The translations under genes and the position numbers were made by a program. From positions 40,218 through 104,217 of the forward strand of contig JADGBR010000006.1 in NCBI GenBank assembly GCA_015231405.1: a stretch of DNA of 64,000 nucleotides. Direction: 5' to 3'. Below, piece by piece: positions 51,330 to 62,100 of this stretch; position 1 is the stretch's first letter; each line of letters begins with the position of its first letter. The notes beneath the pieces are model-generated. The model saw only the letters and a list, made by a program, of their open reading frames with translations. It did not search any database and had not been told where the DNA came from. The DNA is from Candidatus Omnitrophota bacterium (GTDB taxonomy: Bacteria > Omnitrophota > Gorgyraeia > Tantalellales > Tantalellaceae).

Positions 51330-52034
51330 ATGATTATCATGGGTTTTTCGCTGAGAACAGGGTTTGTTTTTACTATGGCTTTCGCCCTCCTGGCCTTCCC
51401 GGCGGACTTCGCTAAAGCCCAAAAACTTCCTAAGCTGTTCCCTTTTAACAAGAAAGACGCGCTCAATGAATGGGAAGAAAAGGTTTTCAAGAACAAGGTC
51501 TTGTACACCGTCAAACCGGCTGTTCCCGACGGACAGCTCTCGGCGGAGAGCAACTCCGCCTGTTCGGGGCTTATTTACCGGGTTAAGTTCAATGTCAACA
51601 AAACGCCCATGATCAGTTGGGAGTGGAAAGTCACAAAATTTCCCGACAAATTGAAGACCCAAAACGAGGGCGGATGGATAGAGAAGGACGATTACGCCGC
51701 AAGGGTCTATATCATATTCCCGAGCATGATATTTACCGAAACCCAAACGCTGGAGTATATCTGGTCGGAAACGGACCCGGAAGGAACGATCATGACCAGC
51801 CCCTATTTCAAGAACATTAAGCTTATCGTGATCGAGTCCGGGAGGGAGAACATGGATAAATGGGTCTTTGAGGAACGTAATATCCTCGAGGATTTCACAA
51901 AAGCTTTCGGCAAATCTCCGTCCCGTAACGTCGGTGCCATATCGCTCATGACGGATACCGACAACACAATGTCAACCGCCGAAGCGTTCTACAAAGACAT
52001 AAAGGTAGGTTATAGCTATGAAGAACCAAAATAA
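51330..52034 (+). CDS. DUF3047-like secreted protein
   Basis: SWEWKV, DDYAARVY, YIWS and MTDTDNT motifs; signal peptide. Confidence 0.8.
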   Translation: MIIMGFSLRTGFVFTMAFALLAFPADFAKAQKLPKLFPFNKKDALNEWEEKVFKNKVLYTVKPAVPDGQLSAESNSACSGLIYRVKFNVNKTPMISWEWKVTKFPDKLKTQNEGGWIEKDDYAARVYIIFPSMIFTETQTLEYIWSETDPEGTIMTSPYFKNIKLIVIESGRENMDKWVFEERNILEDFTKAFGKSPSRNVGAISLMTDTDNTMSTAEAFYKDIKVGYSYEEPK

Positions 52035-52443
52035 AAGGAAAAATGTTTTCGCCAATAAAATGCACCAGGACATACTACTCCTGGTCCTTGTGTCATCCTT
52101 GGCTCCTACGGTCCTCGTGACCATATCGCTTTATTTCCTGATATTCGGGATAACCGCGAACCAGATAGGGATACCCGAATCCATAGCCTACAACGTTCTC
52201 CCTGCCGCTCAAAAGGTCGTCGTGGTCCTGGCCATCGCCATGCCCATACTCATACTTACCATTCTATTCTTCGCCCACAAAATATCGCACATGATAGTTG
52301 GTCCCTTTGACCGTATAGTCAGGGAGCTCGGAGAATGCGTCACGGGAACCAAAAAGACGCATATTTATCTTCGGGATAACGACAAGTTCTGGCCGATGGT
52401 CAGCGCGATAAATAAGCTGCTGGATAAGGCGAATTCGAAGTAG
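52018..52443 (+). CDS. Hypothetical two-TM protein with HAMP-like tail
   Basis: Two TMs then SHMIVGPFDRI...LRDND...INKLL. Confidence 0.7.
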   Translation: MKNQNKRKNVFANKMHQDILLLVLVSSLAPTVLVTISLYFLIFGITANQIGIPESIAYNVLPAAQKVVVVLAIAMPILILTILFFAHKISHMIVGPFDRIVRELGECVTGTKKTHIYLRDNDKFWPMVSAINKLLDKANSK

Positions 52444-52559
52444 GTCCTAGTAGATTGTCTAAATGAGGGTGCTGTCCGCCTTCGCCAAACTATTTTGATA
52501 TTATTCGGCTACGGCGGACAAAATTCGCCTTTTCTGGATTGTTATTGGTAGGCGAATTT

Positions 52560-52645
52560 TGGTGCGCGAGGCGAGATTTGAACTCGCACAGGATTGCTCC
52601 CGCTAGCCCCTCAAGCTAGTGCGTCTGCCATTCCGCCACTCGCGC
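52560..52645 (-). tRNA. tRNA-Leu(GAG)
   Basis: GCGCGAG acceptor stem, GAG anticodon, long variable arm, GTTCAAATC and encoded CCA. Confidence 0.95.
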
Positions 52646-52720
52646 ATAACAGCTATCAGCTTTCAGCTTTAACGGATGTCTAACCACCTATAGCAGAAGG
52701 CTGATGGCTGAAAGCTAGTA

Positions 52721-53119
52721 TTACCGTTTCGAGAACTGGAAGTTTTTCCTCGCGCGTTTCTGGCCGTATTTCTTTCTTTCCTTGGCGCGCGGGTCGCGTG
52801 TCAGAAGACCGTCTTTTTTTAAGGTGATCCTCTGTTCGGGATCAACTTTCAAGATAGCCCTGGATATGGAATGCCTCAAAGCACCGGCCTGCCCGCTCAA
52901 ACCGCCTCCGGTGATAGTGGCAAAAACGTCATATTTACCTAACATCCCGGTTATCTCAAGGGGACGTATCACTACGATCCTATGGGTTTCGCGGGGGAAA
53001 TAATCCTCGAAAGTCCTTTTGTTGATCCTTATTGTCCCTTTTCCCTCGGCAAGTCTAACCCTTGCTATCGACATTTTCCTTCTACCGACCGCTGCAAAAA
53101 ATTTTTTTCCTTCGGACAT
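52721..53119 (-). CDS. rpsI: 30S ribosomal protein S9
   Basis: [20 protein letters not shown] and QFSKR. Confidence 0.98.
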   Translation of the reverse strand: MSEGKKFFAAVGRRKMSIARVRLAEGKGTIRINKRTFEDYFPRETHRIVVIRPLEITGMLGKYDVFATITGGGLSGQAGALRHSISRAILKVDPEQRITLKKDGLLTRDPRAKERKKYGQKRARKNFQFSKR

Positions 53120-53138
53120 TAAACACCCCTCGTTCTTT

Positions 53139-53573
53139 TTATATTTCGACCTTCACGGGCTTTTGCGCTAAATGCGGCTGTTCAGTCCCGCAATACAGTT
53201 TTAACCTCTTGAGCATAAGGGCGCCGAGCCTGGTTTTAGGGAGCATTCCCTTCACGGCATGCCTCAGAATGTATTTGGGTTTACGGATCGACATATCCTG
53301 AAAGGTAGTTCTTTTTAGCCCCCCGGGATATCCGGAATAGCTGGTGTATATTTTTTCTTTGACCTTGTTCCCGGTTACCCTGATTTTGTCGCAATTGGTC
53401 ACGATCACTCCGGCCCCGTTATCCACATGCGGCGTAAAATCGACCCTATTCTTTCCTGAAAGCAGGAACGCCACCTTTGTGGCCAATCTTCCAAGGATCT
53501 TTTCGTCGGCGTCAACGATATACCAGGCATGGCTGGTCTCGGACCTCTTTATCATTTTAGTTTTATTACTCAT
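53139..53573 (-). CDS. rplM: 50S ribosomal protein L13
   Basis: [20 protein letters not shown] and VKGMLPK. Confidence 0.98.
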   Translation of the reverse strand: MSNKTKMIKRSETSHAWYIVDADEKILGRLATKVAFLLSGKNRVDFTPHVDNGAGVIVTNCDKIRVTGNKVKEKIYTSYSGYPGGLKRTTFQDMSIRKPKYILRHAVKGMLPKTRLGALMLKRLKLYCGTEQPHLAQKPVKVEI

Positions 53574-53784
53574 AAAAACCACCTTTTAAAATAGTTAAAC
53601 TTGAAGTGTAAAAATAACATATTTGACGGGTATTTGTCAAGGGGAAAGAAGGAAAACATTCGTCTGCTTGAGGGGGTCCAGCATATATCATATCGCATAG
53701 TCACAGCGCTTGGCATATATGTTTCATTTCATTTGATACAAAGTACACGCCTTCAGCCACGCACTTTAGCCATGCTTTCATCGA

Positions 53785-53961
53785 TCATTTCTTTCCGGTA
53801 ACTTGTTTATAAAGAGCCGAGATCTGATCTTTGTAAAAAGTATTGTAAATATAATTCACTTCGTGCTTATAGGTCTTGTTCTTTATCTTGTCCAGCTCTT
53901 TCTTCTTTTCTCTTCTTATGTCGTTAACGCTCTTCGTCCTTTCCTTCATCAACCTGGGCAT
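53785..53961 (-). CDS. Small basic hypothetical protein (58 aa)
   Basis: Manual translation MPRLMKERTKSVNDIRREKKKELDKIKNKTYKHEVNYIYNTFYKDQISALYKQVTGKK; GGGAGG RBS. Confidence 0.55.
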   Translation of the reverse strand: MPRLMKERTKSVNDIRREKKKELDKIKNKTYKHEVNYIYNTFYKDQISALYKQVTGKK

Positions 53962-54106
53962 CTGATCCCTCCCTGCTTAAGAATACAAATATTCTTTTAT
54001 TCCCGGAACAAAGCACCAAACATTATTGTAGCAAGTATATAACAAGTATAAATACTTGTCAAAATAAAAAAATTTTTACTTACGTTAGATAGAAGGAAAA
54101 ATTTTT

Positions 54107-54847
54107 TTATCTGTAGGAGACTTCCATTAAAAAAAGACCCTCTGGGGGTGCCGTGGGTCCGGCTTTGGCGCGGTCCTCCGCAAGGATTATCTTTTTCATC
54201 CTGTCGGCGGGAATATACCCTCTTGCAACATCAACGAGAGTGCCTACTATGTTCCTTACCATATTGTAAAGGAACCCGTCGGCAGTTATATCGATCGAGA
54301 TCACGGAGCTTTTCTTTTTAATCGATATCCCGTATACGGTCCTCACCGAAGACCTGTCCTTCTTGTCTTTCGCCTGAAATGACCTGAAATCATGCTTTCC
54401 GGCTAATGCTTTAGCTCCGGCTTTCATTGCCTCAAGGTCAAGCCGGTATGGGACCGTCCATGCGTATCTCGAGATGAAAGGATCACGTGAACGGGAAGCA
54501 TGGATAAAATACCTGTAAGTCTTCTGCTTGGCGTCGTACTGTGCGTGAAATCCAGCCTTAGCGTACTCGGCCTTGATCACGGATATGTCCGGCGGGAGAA
54601 CGGAGTTTAGAGCATATACAACTTTTTTTGCGGGGATAGCGAGATCAGTGTTGAAATGGGCGACCTGTTTCTTGGCGTGCACCCCGGCGTCGGTCCGTCC
54701 TGCCCCATATATGGTGACCCTTTTCTTAAAGACCTTCTCGACCGACTTCTCTATCTCTTCCTGGATGGACGGCCCGTTCTTCTGTCTCTGCCAGCCGTTG
54801 TAGTTCGTGCCGTCGTAGGCGATGGTTAATTTAATTATGTGAGACAT
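54107..54847 (-). CDS. truA: tRNA pseudouridine(38-40) synthase
   Basis: YDGTNYNGWQRQ, GRTDAGVHA and FLYNMVR. Confidence 0.97.
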   Translation of the reverse strand: MSHIIKLTIAYDGTNYNGWQRQKNGPSIQEEIEKSVEKVFKKRVTIYGAGRTDAGVHAKKQVAHFNTDLAIPAKKVVYALNSVLPPDISVIKAEYAKAGFHAQYDAKQKTYRYFIHASRSRDPFISRYAWTVPYRLDLEAMKAGAKALAGKHDFRSFQAKDKKDRSSVRTVYGISIKKKSSVISIDITADGFLYNMVRNIVGTLVDVARGYIPADRMKKIILAEDRAKAGPTAPPEGLFLMEVSYR

Positions 54848-54851
54848 GTTT

Positions 54852-54940
54852 GCTTTCAGCTATAAGCTTTCAGCTTTATTTGTAGGGCTAGTGATCTTTA
54901 CATTAAAAAGCTGAAAGCTGAAGACTGACAGCTGAAAGCT
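54852..54940. repeat. Inverted pair of heptamer arrays (TCAGCTT / AAGCTGA)
   Basis: gctttcagctataagctttcagcttt ... aaagctgaaagctgaagactgacagctgaaagct; same arrangement at ~52651-52717. Confidence 0.75.
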
Positions 54941-54972
54941 AAATTCAGCCCGCGTAGTTCACGTCTATTCCT

Positions 54973-56019
54973 TCACCTGATCAGCAATTCCGCGATCTGG
55001 ACCGCGTTGAGAGCGGCGCCTTTCCTGAGATTATCGGCGACAACCCACATATTCAGGCCGTTAGCTATGGAATCGTCTTCCCGTATCCGCCCGACGAAAA
55101 CGTTGTCCTTCCCCTCAACCATGAGCGGCATGGGATACTCTTTCTTGAGGGGATCGTCCATGACCGTTATCCCGGGGAAAGCCCGAAGTATCTCGATGGC
55201 TTCTTCCCGGGTGATCTTTTTCTCCATCTCGATATTGACGCATTCCGAATGTGCAAAATATACAGGCACTCTTACGCATGTGGCCGTAAGCCTGAGATCG
55301 GGGATACCCATGATCTTCCGGGTTTCGTAGACCATCTTCATTTCCTCTTTGGTGTAGTTATTCTCGAGGAAGACGTCTATCTGGGGTATAAGATTAAAAG
55401 CCATCTGATAGGCGAATTTACTGACCATATCCGGCTTGACGTTATGGCTGCCGATACGCGAACTCCACTCTGTTTTTGAAAGTTCCCCGGCCTGAGTTTC
55501 CAATTCGAGAATATTCTGCTGGCCGGCTCCGGATACGGACTGGAAAGTCGACACTACGATCCTCTTCAAACGCGAATGCCTGTTCAATGCCATTAGCGGC
55601 AGTACCATCTGGATCGTCGAGCAGTTAGGATTCGCTATTATTCCCTGATGGGCCTTAGCCGCTTCGGGATTCACTTCCGGGACGACAAGGGGGACGGTGG
55701 GCTCCATGCGGAAGGCACTGGAATTATCCACGCATACCGCGCCTGATCTGACCGCGTGGGGAAGGAATTCAATGCTCCTTGACGCCCCGGCCGATGCGAG
55801 AACTATGTCTATGCCCTTAAAAGAATCCTTATCAAGGACCGTTACCGGGTATTGCCTTCCCCTAAAGTTAAGTTTTTTACCGGCTGACCGGTCGCTCGCG
55901 AGCAGCCTTATCTCGTTTATAGGAAAATCCCGCTCTTCCAGGATCGAAAGAAATACCGAACCCACGGCACCGGTAGCGCCCATTACAGCCACATTATATC
56001 TTTCTTTTTTCTTAAGCAT
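54973..56019 (-). CDS. asd: Aspartate-semialdehyde dehydrogenase
   Basis: GATGAVG, DNSSAFR, ANPNCST and DNLRKGAALNAVQIAE. Confidence 0.97.
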   Translation of the reverse strand: MLKKKERYNVAVMGATGAVGSVFLSILEERDFPINEIRLLASDRSAGKKLNFRGRQYPVTVLDKDSFKGIDIVLASAGASRSIEFLPHAVRSGAVCVDNSSAFRMEPTVPLVVPEVNPEAAKAHQGIIANPNCSTIQMVLPLMALNRHSRLKRIVVSTFQSVSGAGQQNILELETQAGELSKTEWSSRIGSHNVKPDMVSKFAYQMAFNLIPQIDVFLENNYTKEEMKMVYETRKIMGIPDLRLTATCVRVPVYFAHSECVNIEMEKKITREEAIEILRAFPGITVMDDPLKKEYPMPLMVEGKDNVFVGRIREDDSIANGLNMWVVADNLRKGAALNAVQIAELLIR

Positions 56020-56050
56020 CTTATTCCCTTCCCTTATCTTTTCCCGGAAT

Positions 56051-57100
56051 CTATAACGCCTTAACGACAAGGTCGCCTACTTCCGTCGTAGAATAACCCA
56101 TTTTGCCCGCGGACAGGCTTTTCAGCTTGTTAGCTGTCACGTCCATCACGGCTTTCTCGATAGCCTCGTTGATCTTGGTCTCTCCAAGTTCCGCCATCAT
56201 CATCCCTCCGGCGCAAATGGCCGCGAGCGGGTTTATGACGTTCTTCCCTGTATATTTAGGAGCCGAACCGCCTATGGGCTCGAACATTGAAACTCCCTCC
56301 GGATTGATATTTCCTCCGGCTGCTATACCCATACCGCCCTGTATCATAGCCCCGAGATCCGTAATTATGTCGCCGAACATGTTATCGGTGACTATGACAT
56401 CGAACCATTCCGGGTTCTTTATCATCCACATGCAGGTCGCGTCGACATGGGCGTAATCGGTCTTCACTTCGGGGTAACTTTTAGCCATCGCGTAGAACGC
56501 CCTTTCCCACAAGTCGAAAGCGTAGGTAAGGACATTTGTCTTCCCGACAAGGGTCAGCTTTTTCTCCCTTCCCTTCGTCTTCGCGTACTCAAACGCGTAC
56601 TTAAGGCATTTGTCTATGCCCCTCCTGCTGTTCCTCGATACCTGGACCGCCACTTCCGTCGGTTTATCCTTGTCGATGAATTCGCCTTCACCCACATAAA
56701 GCCCCTCGTTGTTCTCGCGAACGACGACAAAATTTATCTCCGCTGGACCCTTGTCCTTAATAGGGGTCCATACTCCCGGAAATAGTTTTACGGGACGCAG
56801 ATTTATGTACTGCTGGAGGGAGAACCTCAGCTTCAACAAGAGACCCTTTTCCAATATACCGGGTTTCACGTCCGGGTGGCCTACGGCGCCGAGATATATC
56901 GCGTCCATACCCTTGAGCTCCGCGAGTACGCTGTCCGGAAGGATCTCCCCCGTCCTTTTGTAGCGTTCCCCGCCCAGGTCATAGTGTATCTTCTTGTATT
57001 TCACCCCGAACTTCGCACAAGCGGCGTCAAGGACCTTCAACCCCTCCCGTATTACCTCCGGCCCCGTACCGTCCCCCGGCATGACTGCTATATTGTACAT
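56051..57100 (-). CDS. leuB: 3-isopropylmalate dehydrogenase
   Basis: GDGTGPEV, NMFGDI and FEPIGGSAP; in operon with leuCD. Confidence 0.93.
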   Translation of the reverse strand: MYNIAVMPGDGTGPEVIREGLKVLDAACAKFGVKYKKIHYDLGGERYKRTGEILPDSVLAELKGMDAIYLGAVGHPDVKPGILEKGLLLKLRFSLQQYINLRPVKLFPGVWTPIKDKGPAEINFVVVRENNEGLYVGEGEFIDKDKPTEVAVQVSRNSRRGIDKCLKYAFEYAKTKGREKKLTLVGKTNVLTYAFDLWERAFYAMAKSYPEVKTDYAHVDATCMWMIKNPEWFDVIVTDNMFGDIITDLGAMIQGGMGIAAGGNINPEGVSMFEPIGGSAPKYTGKNVINPLAAICAGGMMMAELGETKINEAIEKAVMDVTANKLKSLSAGKMGYSTTEVGDLVVKAL

Positions 57101-57108
57101 TGCTCCTC

Positions 57109-57597
57109 CTAATTCTTTTTTGCGGCGTATTCCATAAGGCCGCCGGATTTGATGATCTTTTTAATGAACTCCGGAAAGATATCCGATCTGTATGTTGCCG
57201 TCTGCCCGGACTTTGATATTTCACCTTTCGCCGCGTCAACCTCGACTTTGTCGCCGGTCTTAAGGTGATCGACCGCCTCGGGAGCGGTCAATATGGCCAG
57301 GCCTATATTTATCGCGTTCCTATAAAATATGCGCGCGAAGCTTTTAGCTATCACGCATGATATCCCGGCGGCTTTGATCGCTATCGGAGCGTGCTCCCTT
57401 GAAGAACCGCATCCGAAATTCTCGCCCGCCACGATAATGTCCCCTTCCTTCTTTTTTTTCACGAACTCGGGATCCGCGTCTTCCATGCAGTGTTCCGCAA
57501 GGCTCGCCGGATCGGACGTATTCATATACCTCGCCGGGATTATCTCGTCGGTATTTACATCGTCACCGAACCTGAATACATTCCCCTTAAATATCAT
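57109..57597 (-). CDS. leuD: 3-isopropylmalate dehydratase small subunit (short type)
   Basis: [19 protein letters not shown] and FARIFYRN. Confidence 0.93.
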   Translation of the reverse strand: MIFKGNVFRFGDDVNTDEIIPARYMNTSDPASLAEHCMEDADPEFVKKKKEGDIIVAGENFGCGSSREHAPIAIKAAGISCVIAKSFARIFYRNAINIGLAILTAPEAVDHLKTGDKVEVDAAKGEISKSGQTATYRSDIFPEFIKKIIKSGGLMEYAAKKN

Positions 57598-57613
57598 GTC
57601 ATCTCCTTTTTAC

Positions 57614-58894
57614 TCACAGATCAGACGGATGTGTTATCTTCCCCGTTATCGCGCTTGCCGCGGCCACTGCCGGGTTGGCGAGATAAATAAAACTTTTCGG
57701 ATGGCCCATCCTGCCGACGAAATTCCTGTTGGTGGTAGCAAGCGCCACTTCCCCCTCCGCCAAAATGCCCATATGCCCGCCGAGACAGGGCCCGCAGCTG
57801 GGAGTGCAGAAAACCCCGCCGGCTTTTATAAAAGTTTCGGCATAGCCTTCCTTCATCGCTTCCTTGTAGATATCCTGCGTCGCGGGTATGATCACGAGCC
57901 TTATACCCGGAGCTATTTTCCTATTCTTGAGTATAGCCGCCGCTTTTTTAAGGTCGGATATCCGACCGTTGGTGCAAGAGCCTATGACCACCTGGTCGAC
58001 TTTGACATCTTTCAGTTCGTGAACAGGCTTGGTGTTCGACGGGAGATGAGGCTCGGCGACCACCGGCTGGAGCTTAGAGATATCGTATTCCCTGACATCC
58101 GAATACACGGCGTCCTTATCGCTTTTAAAGATCTTATAGGATTTCCGCTGGGGCTTGTATCTTTTTATAGCGGCTTTCATATACCTTTCGGTCTCTTTAT
58201 CGGGCTCGATGATGCCGCTTTTCGCGCCGGCTTCTATCGCCATATTACACATCGAGAACCTTTCATCCATACTGAGATTTTGAAGTGCGTCGCCGGATAT
58301 CTCAAGCGCCTTGTATCTCGCGCCTGAAACCCCGAGGTCCCCTATAGCGTGAAGGATAAGGTCTTTTCCTCCCACCCATTTTCTGGGTTTCCCTTTGAAA
58401 ACAAGTTTTATCGTCTCGGGCACCTTGAACCAGCATTCTCCGAAAGCCATCACATACGCGAGGTCCGTGGAACCTACTCCGGTAGCGAACGCTCCCAGCG
58501 CGCCGTGAGTGCAGGTATGGGAATCTGCGCCTATGATAATATCCCCCGGAAGAAGTAACCCTCTTTCCGGCAATAAAGCGTGCTCGACCCCCATCCGTCC
58601 TACCTCAAAATAATTGGTTATCCCGAATTCCCTGGCAAAATCCTTTAACTCTTTAGCCTGGTTGGCGCTTTTCATGTCCTTGGCCGGGAGAAAATGATCG
58701 GGTATAAGGGCAATTCTGTCTTTATGAAAAACTTTCTTTCTTTTTAGTTTCCTAAATTCCTGTATCGCTATGGGGGCGGTTATATCATTCCCGAAACAGA
58801 AATCCACCTTAGCCATAATAAAGTCGCCGGGTTTAATGCTTTTCACTCCGACCGCATGAGCTAAAAGTATCTTTTCCGTAATGTTATATCCCAT
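57614..58894 (-). CDS. leuC: 3-isopropylmalate dehydratase large subunit
   Basis: DSHTCT, GSCTNGR, CGPCLG and NRNFVGRMG. Confidence 0.93.
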   Translation of the reverse strand: MGYNITEKILLAHAVGVKSIKPGDFIMAKVDFCFGNDITAPIAIQEFRKLKRKKVFHKDRIALIPDHFLPAKDMKSANQAKELKDFAREFGITNYFEVGRMGVEHALLPERGLLLPGDIIIGADSHTCTHGALGAFATGVGSTDLAYVMAFGECWFKVPETIKLVFKGKPRKWVGGKDLILHAIGDLGVSGARYKALEISGDALQNLSMDERFSMCNMAIEAGAKSGIIEPDKETERYMKAAIKRYKPQRKSYKIFKSDKDAVYSDVREYDISKLQPVVAEPHLPSNTKPVHELKDVKVDQVVIGSCTNGRISDLKKAAAILKNRKIAPGIRLVIIPATQDIYKEAMKEGYAETFIKAGGVFCTPSCGPCLGGHMGILAEGEVALATTNRNFVGRMGHPKSFIYLANPAVAAASAITGKITHPSDL

Positions 58895-59113
58895 TTACCG
58901 CTCCTTATTTGAAATATCAAAAGCACATTGTGAGAAAGAAGTTTACCAAATTTGGGAAGTAAAATCAATGGGTTATTTCAGGCGGGAACGAGGATCAACA
59001 ACATCCCGCCTGCCCTCCGACGAAGTCCTCCGAAGCAAAATAATATAAAATGGGTATGCGTAGGAGGAAGCCAAATAATATAAAATAGTTTGGCGAAGGA
59101 GGGTACGTTATTA

Positions 59114-62100
59114 TTATGCCGAAACTACGACTTTTCTGAGGTTCTCCCACTCCTGCATAGCCCCCCGGCTCATCTCTTCATAAGCTGAGGGAATTACCAT
59201 CAACCTGGAAGGGGCGGTCGTCAATCCAACGAACCATCCGTTCAAAAGCCGCGATAAGGATATAGCTTGTCCCTCACCCGGGATATCGGGGATAAAGATC
59301 GACAGGTTTTCATACAATTCATCTCTCAGTATCTCTGAAATGCCGTTTAACCCTTCCTTGTCAGGGATATCGGTACAAATAAGCATGTAATCATTCTCCT
59401 TCAATGTACCGAAGTACATATCCTTTACTATCCTGACCCTTCCTTCGATAGTTGCTGGATCATATCCCAAAGGCCCTATGTGTGTATATTTTCCGGCTAT
59501 GTTATTAAGTTCATCCTCGCTTACGGTCCTTATGGCCACATTTTCAGGAACACCCAGCGCCCTGGACAGCTGACCGCCGCGCTCGAGGATAGAAAAGAAC
59601 GATAGGTCTTCATTATTCGCCCCGGTAACCACTATTTCGAACCTGGTCCCTTTACCGGCGAGCGATCCCATTTTTTTGAGAACATGCAGGAGATCAGGAG
59701 CATTCCTGAGCACCTGAGAAGGAACTGCGATAATGTATTTCGACGCCTTCTTTTCCGTCACCGGACAGCCTTTAAGCAATTCATTTAACCGCCCCCATAA
59801 ACTATCCGAGATCCCTTCGCTTTCACTGATCTTTCTGGAAAGGCTTTTATAGGCCGCTTTTACGCGCTCATCGTTTTCCAGGACCTTTCTCCTCTCTATC
59901 GCCCTCAGGTACTCACCGTCGTCGAGGATGTCTTTTACAGACTCTATACCCAGGCTTTTCGCTAGAAGGTCCCTGTCATCGCTCAATGTGTACTTGAAAT
60001 CAATGGTGCCGTCGTCACGGACGGCATAGTCCGTTTTAAGGAACTTGATCTTCATGTCTTTTTTCGCCTCGATAAGCCCTTCCCTCATATGTGTGTTCAG
60101 TATAACTGTAGCTCCGATCTCCTCCGTCAAATATCTCGCGATCGCCGCCTGAAGCGCCGACAGCTCCCAGTAATCGCTGCCGTGCAGTTCATCCATAAGT
60201 ATGAGCGAATTTTTCGTGGCGTTATCTATGAGGCCCGCGAGCCGCTGGGCGACCCTGTTAAAATATGACTGACCGCCGCTCATTATCTCCTCGGCGCCGA
60301 AAAAGGTAAGGACCTTATCATATCCCGGCAAAGAACAGGTCGCAGGAACGGGATAACCCTTCCTGGCTAAAAGCACTATCGCCTGGATAGTCCTTATAGC
60401 TGCTGTCTTACCGCTCTTATTCGGGCCCATGATGGCGAATTGATCCAGAGCCGTTCCCTGGACCATATCTATACTTTTAGCCGACTCGTAGAACGGGGAT
60501 AAAGCGTTCCTTATTTCCATGGTCCCGCCTGCTTGCGCAAGATGAAGATCGTTATTCTCTTTCATCGTTAACGCCACTCCCATGATGCTGTCAAGCGCGG
60601 GGAGAAAAGCCTTTTCCATGTTCCCAAGGCCGGTTAATAGTTTTTTGACGCAGTTCTTTTCCATGGCCATTATCTCTTTAAATCTTTGTTCCCTCGGAGC
60701 CTCTTTTTCCGATTCGGGCCTTGGGTCATTCTCTTTAAGATGGAGGATGATCCCGTCTTCGGAGTACAGTTTCCTTCTTTCACCTTTACTCCCTTCTTCC
60801 GGGATATTCTTTTCGATGGATTTGATCGTATTATCGATGTCTCCTTCAGGCAAAAGGCCTTCGCCTTTGAGTTCACTCAATAATTTCACGATCCGTCTCA
60901 ACCGTTTATTCACTCTTTTCACAAGTTTGTCCAGATATTCATCGGCCATTTTAGGCGTTTTCCATATTTCAGGCGTAGGATCGATAAAATTGAATTCGCC
61001 GAAAATGATCTCCCTGTCGTTTTCAAGTGTTCCTCTTTTTATCCACCGTTCTAAAAGGTCTCTGTATGGGAGTAGGTCACCTGTATATCCATTATAAAAG
61101 ATGTTTTTTTCCGAGAATAAGGCTTTCCTGGCCCTTTTGAATATTTCATGGTCCTGCAATTCGTCATAAGCGGTTTTACCGGAACTTTTTCCGCGAGGCT
61201 TATCTCCCGTCGACCCTGCCCCGGGATCCGGCATTTCACTTCCGGTTACCGCCCTGTAATATTCCGCGCTCCAGCCTATGACCTTTTCCGGGAAACTATA
61301 CTTACGCAATGTCTTTACGGCATAGCTGTCGTCGGCGATCCCTTCTTCAAAAGTCCTTTCACCTTCGGGCCCTGGCATGATACGCTTAAAAGAAAGGTCC
61401 GGATAAGCCGCCTTCAATATGTGCATGACCTCTTTTAAATGTGTCGTGTAAACCACGGTAGCTCCGGTTTTCATGAGGTCCTCTATCAAAACGGATGTAA
61501 TAGCCGTAAGGTCCTTATATTCCGAACCCATATGAGCTTCGTCGATAATGACAAGATCCCCGGGCCCGGCGACGCCTATAAGGTCTCCAAGCCTTCTGAC
61601 AAGGGCCGTATGAGTGCTCTCTCCTTCCTTAATATTCTCATAGGACGGGGTATCTACGTAGACGTTCCTGAAAACGCTGAGCTCCGCGTATTCGGCCGGC
61701 ACGGGAAGGCCCATCTGGTTATACAGCGCGCATATCGCTATCATCTCGGCTGTGGTGCTTTTACCGATCTCGTTCTCCCCGGTAATCCCAAGGAATTTCC
61801 TCCTGCCGGTAATATCTATGTCGACAAGGTCCATGTTCTCTTTCTTTCCGGCCGCTGGGTTCCACGCCTTATCGAGCTTCACTCTGCCCAGGACATCCGG
61901 GACTTTCGCGATCGAATAACCGCCCTGTTTCATCATCCGCGCCCCGCCGGACGCGAAAAGCATTTCGTTCACGAGGTTATGCGTATTAGCGATCGAAAAT
62001 AATGAGTCGTTATCAGCGTTAAATACATCCTCGAACGATCGCTGTAAAGGACGAAATTCATTAACGCGTTCCGGCAGGGTTACCCCTCTCATATCGTGGA

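Noticed and set aside
57329-58327. 332-aa plus-strand ORF
   Set aside because: Antisense shadow of leuD/leuC.
56051-58894. leu operon lacking leuA
   Set aside because: Split leu operons are common; leuA is probably elsewhere in the genome.
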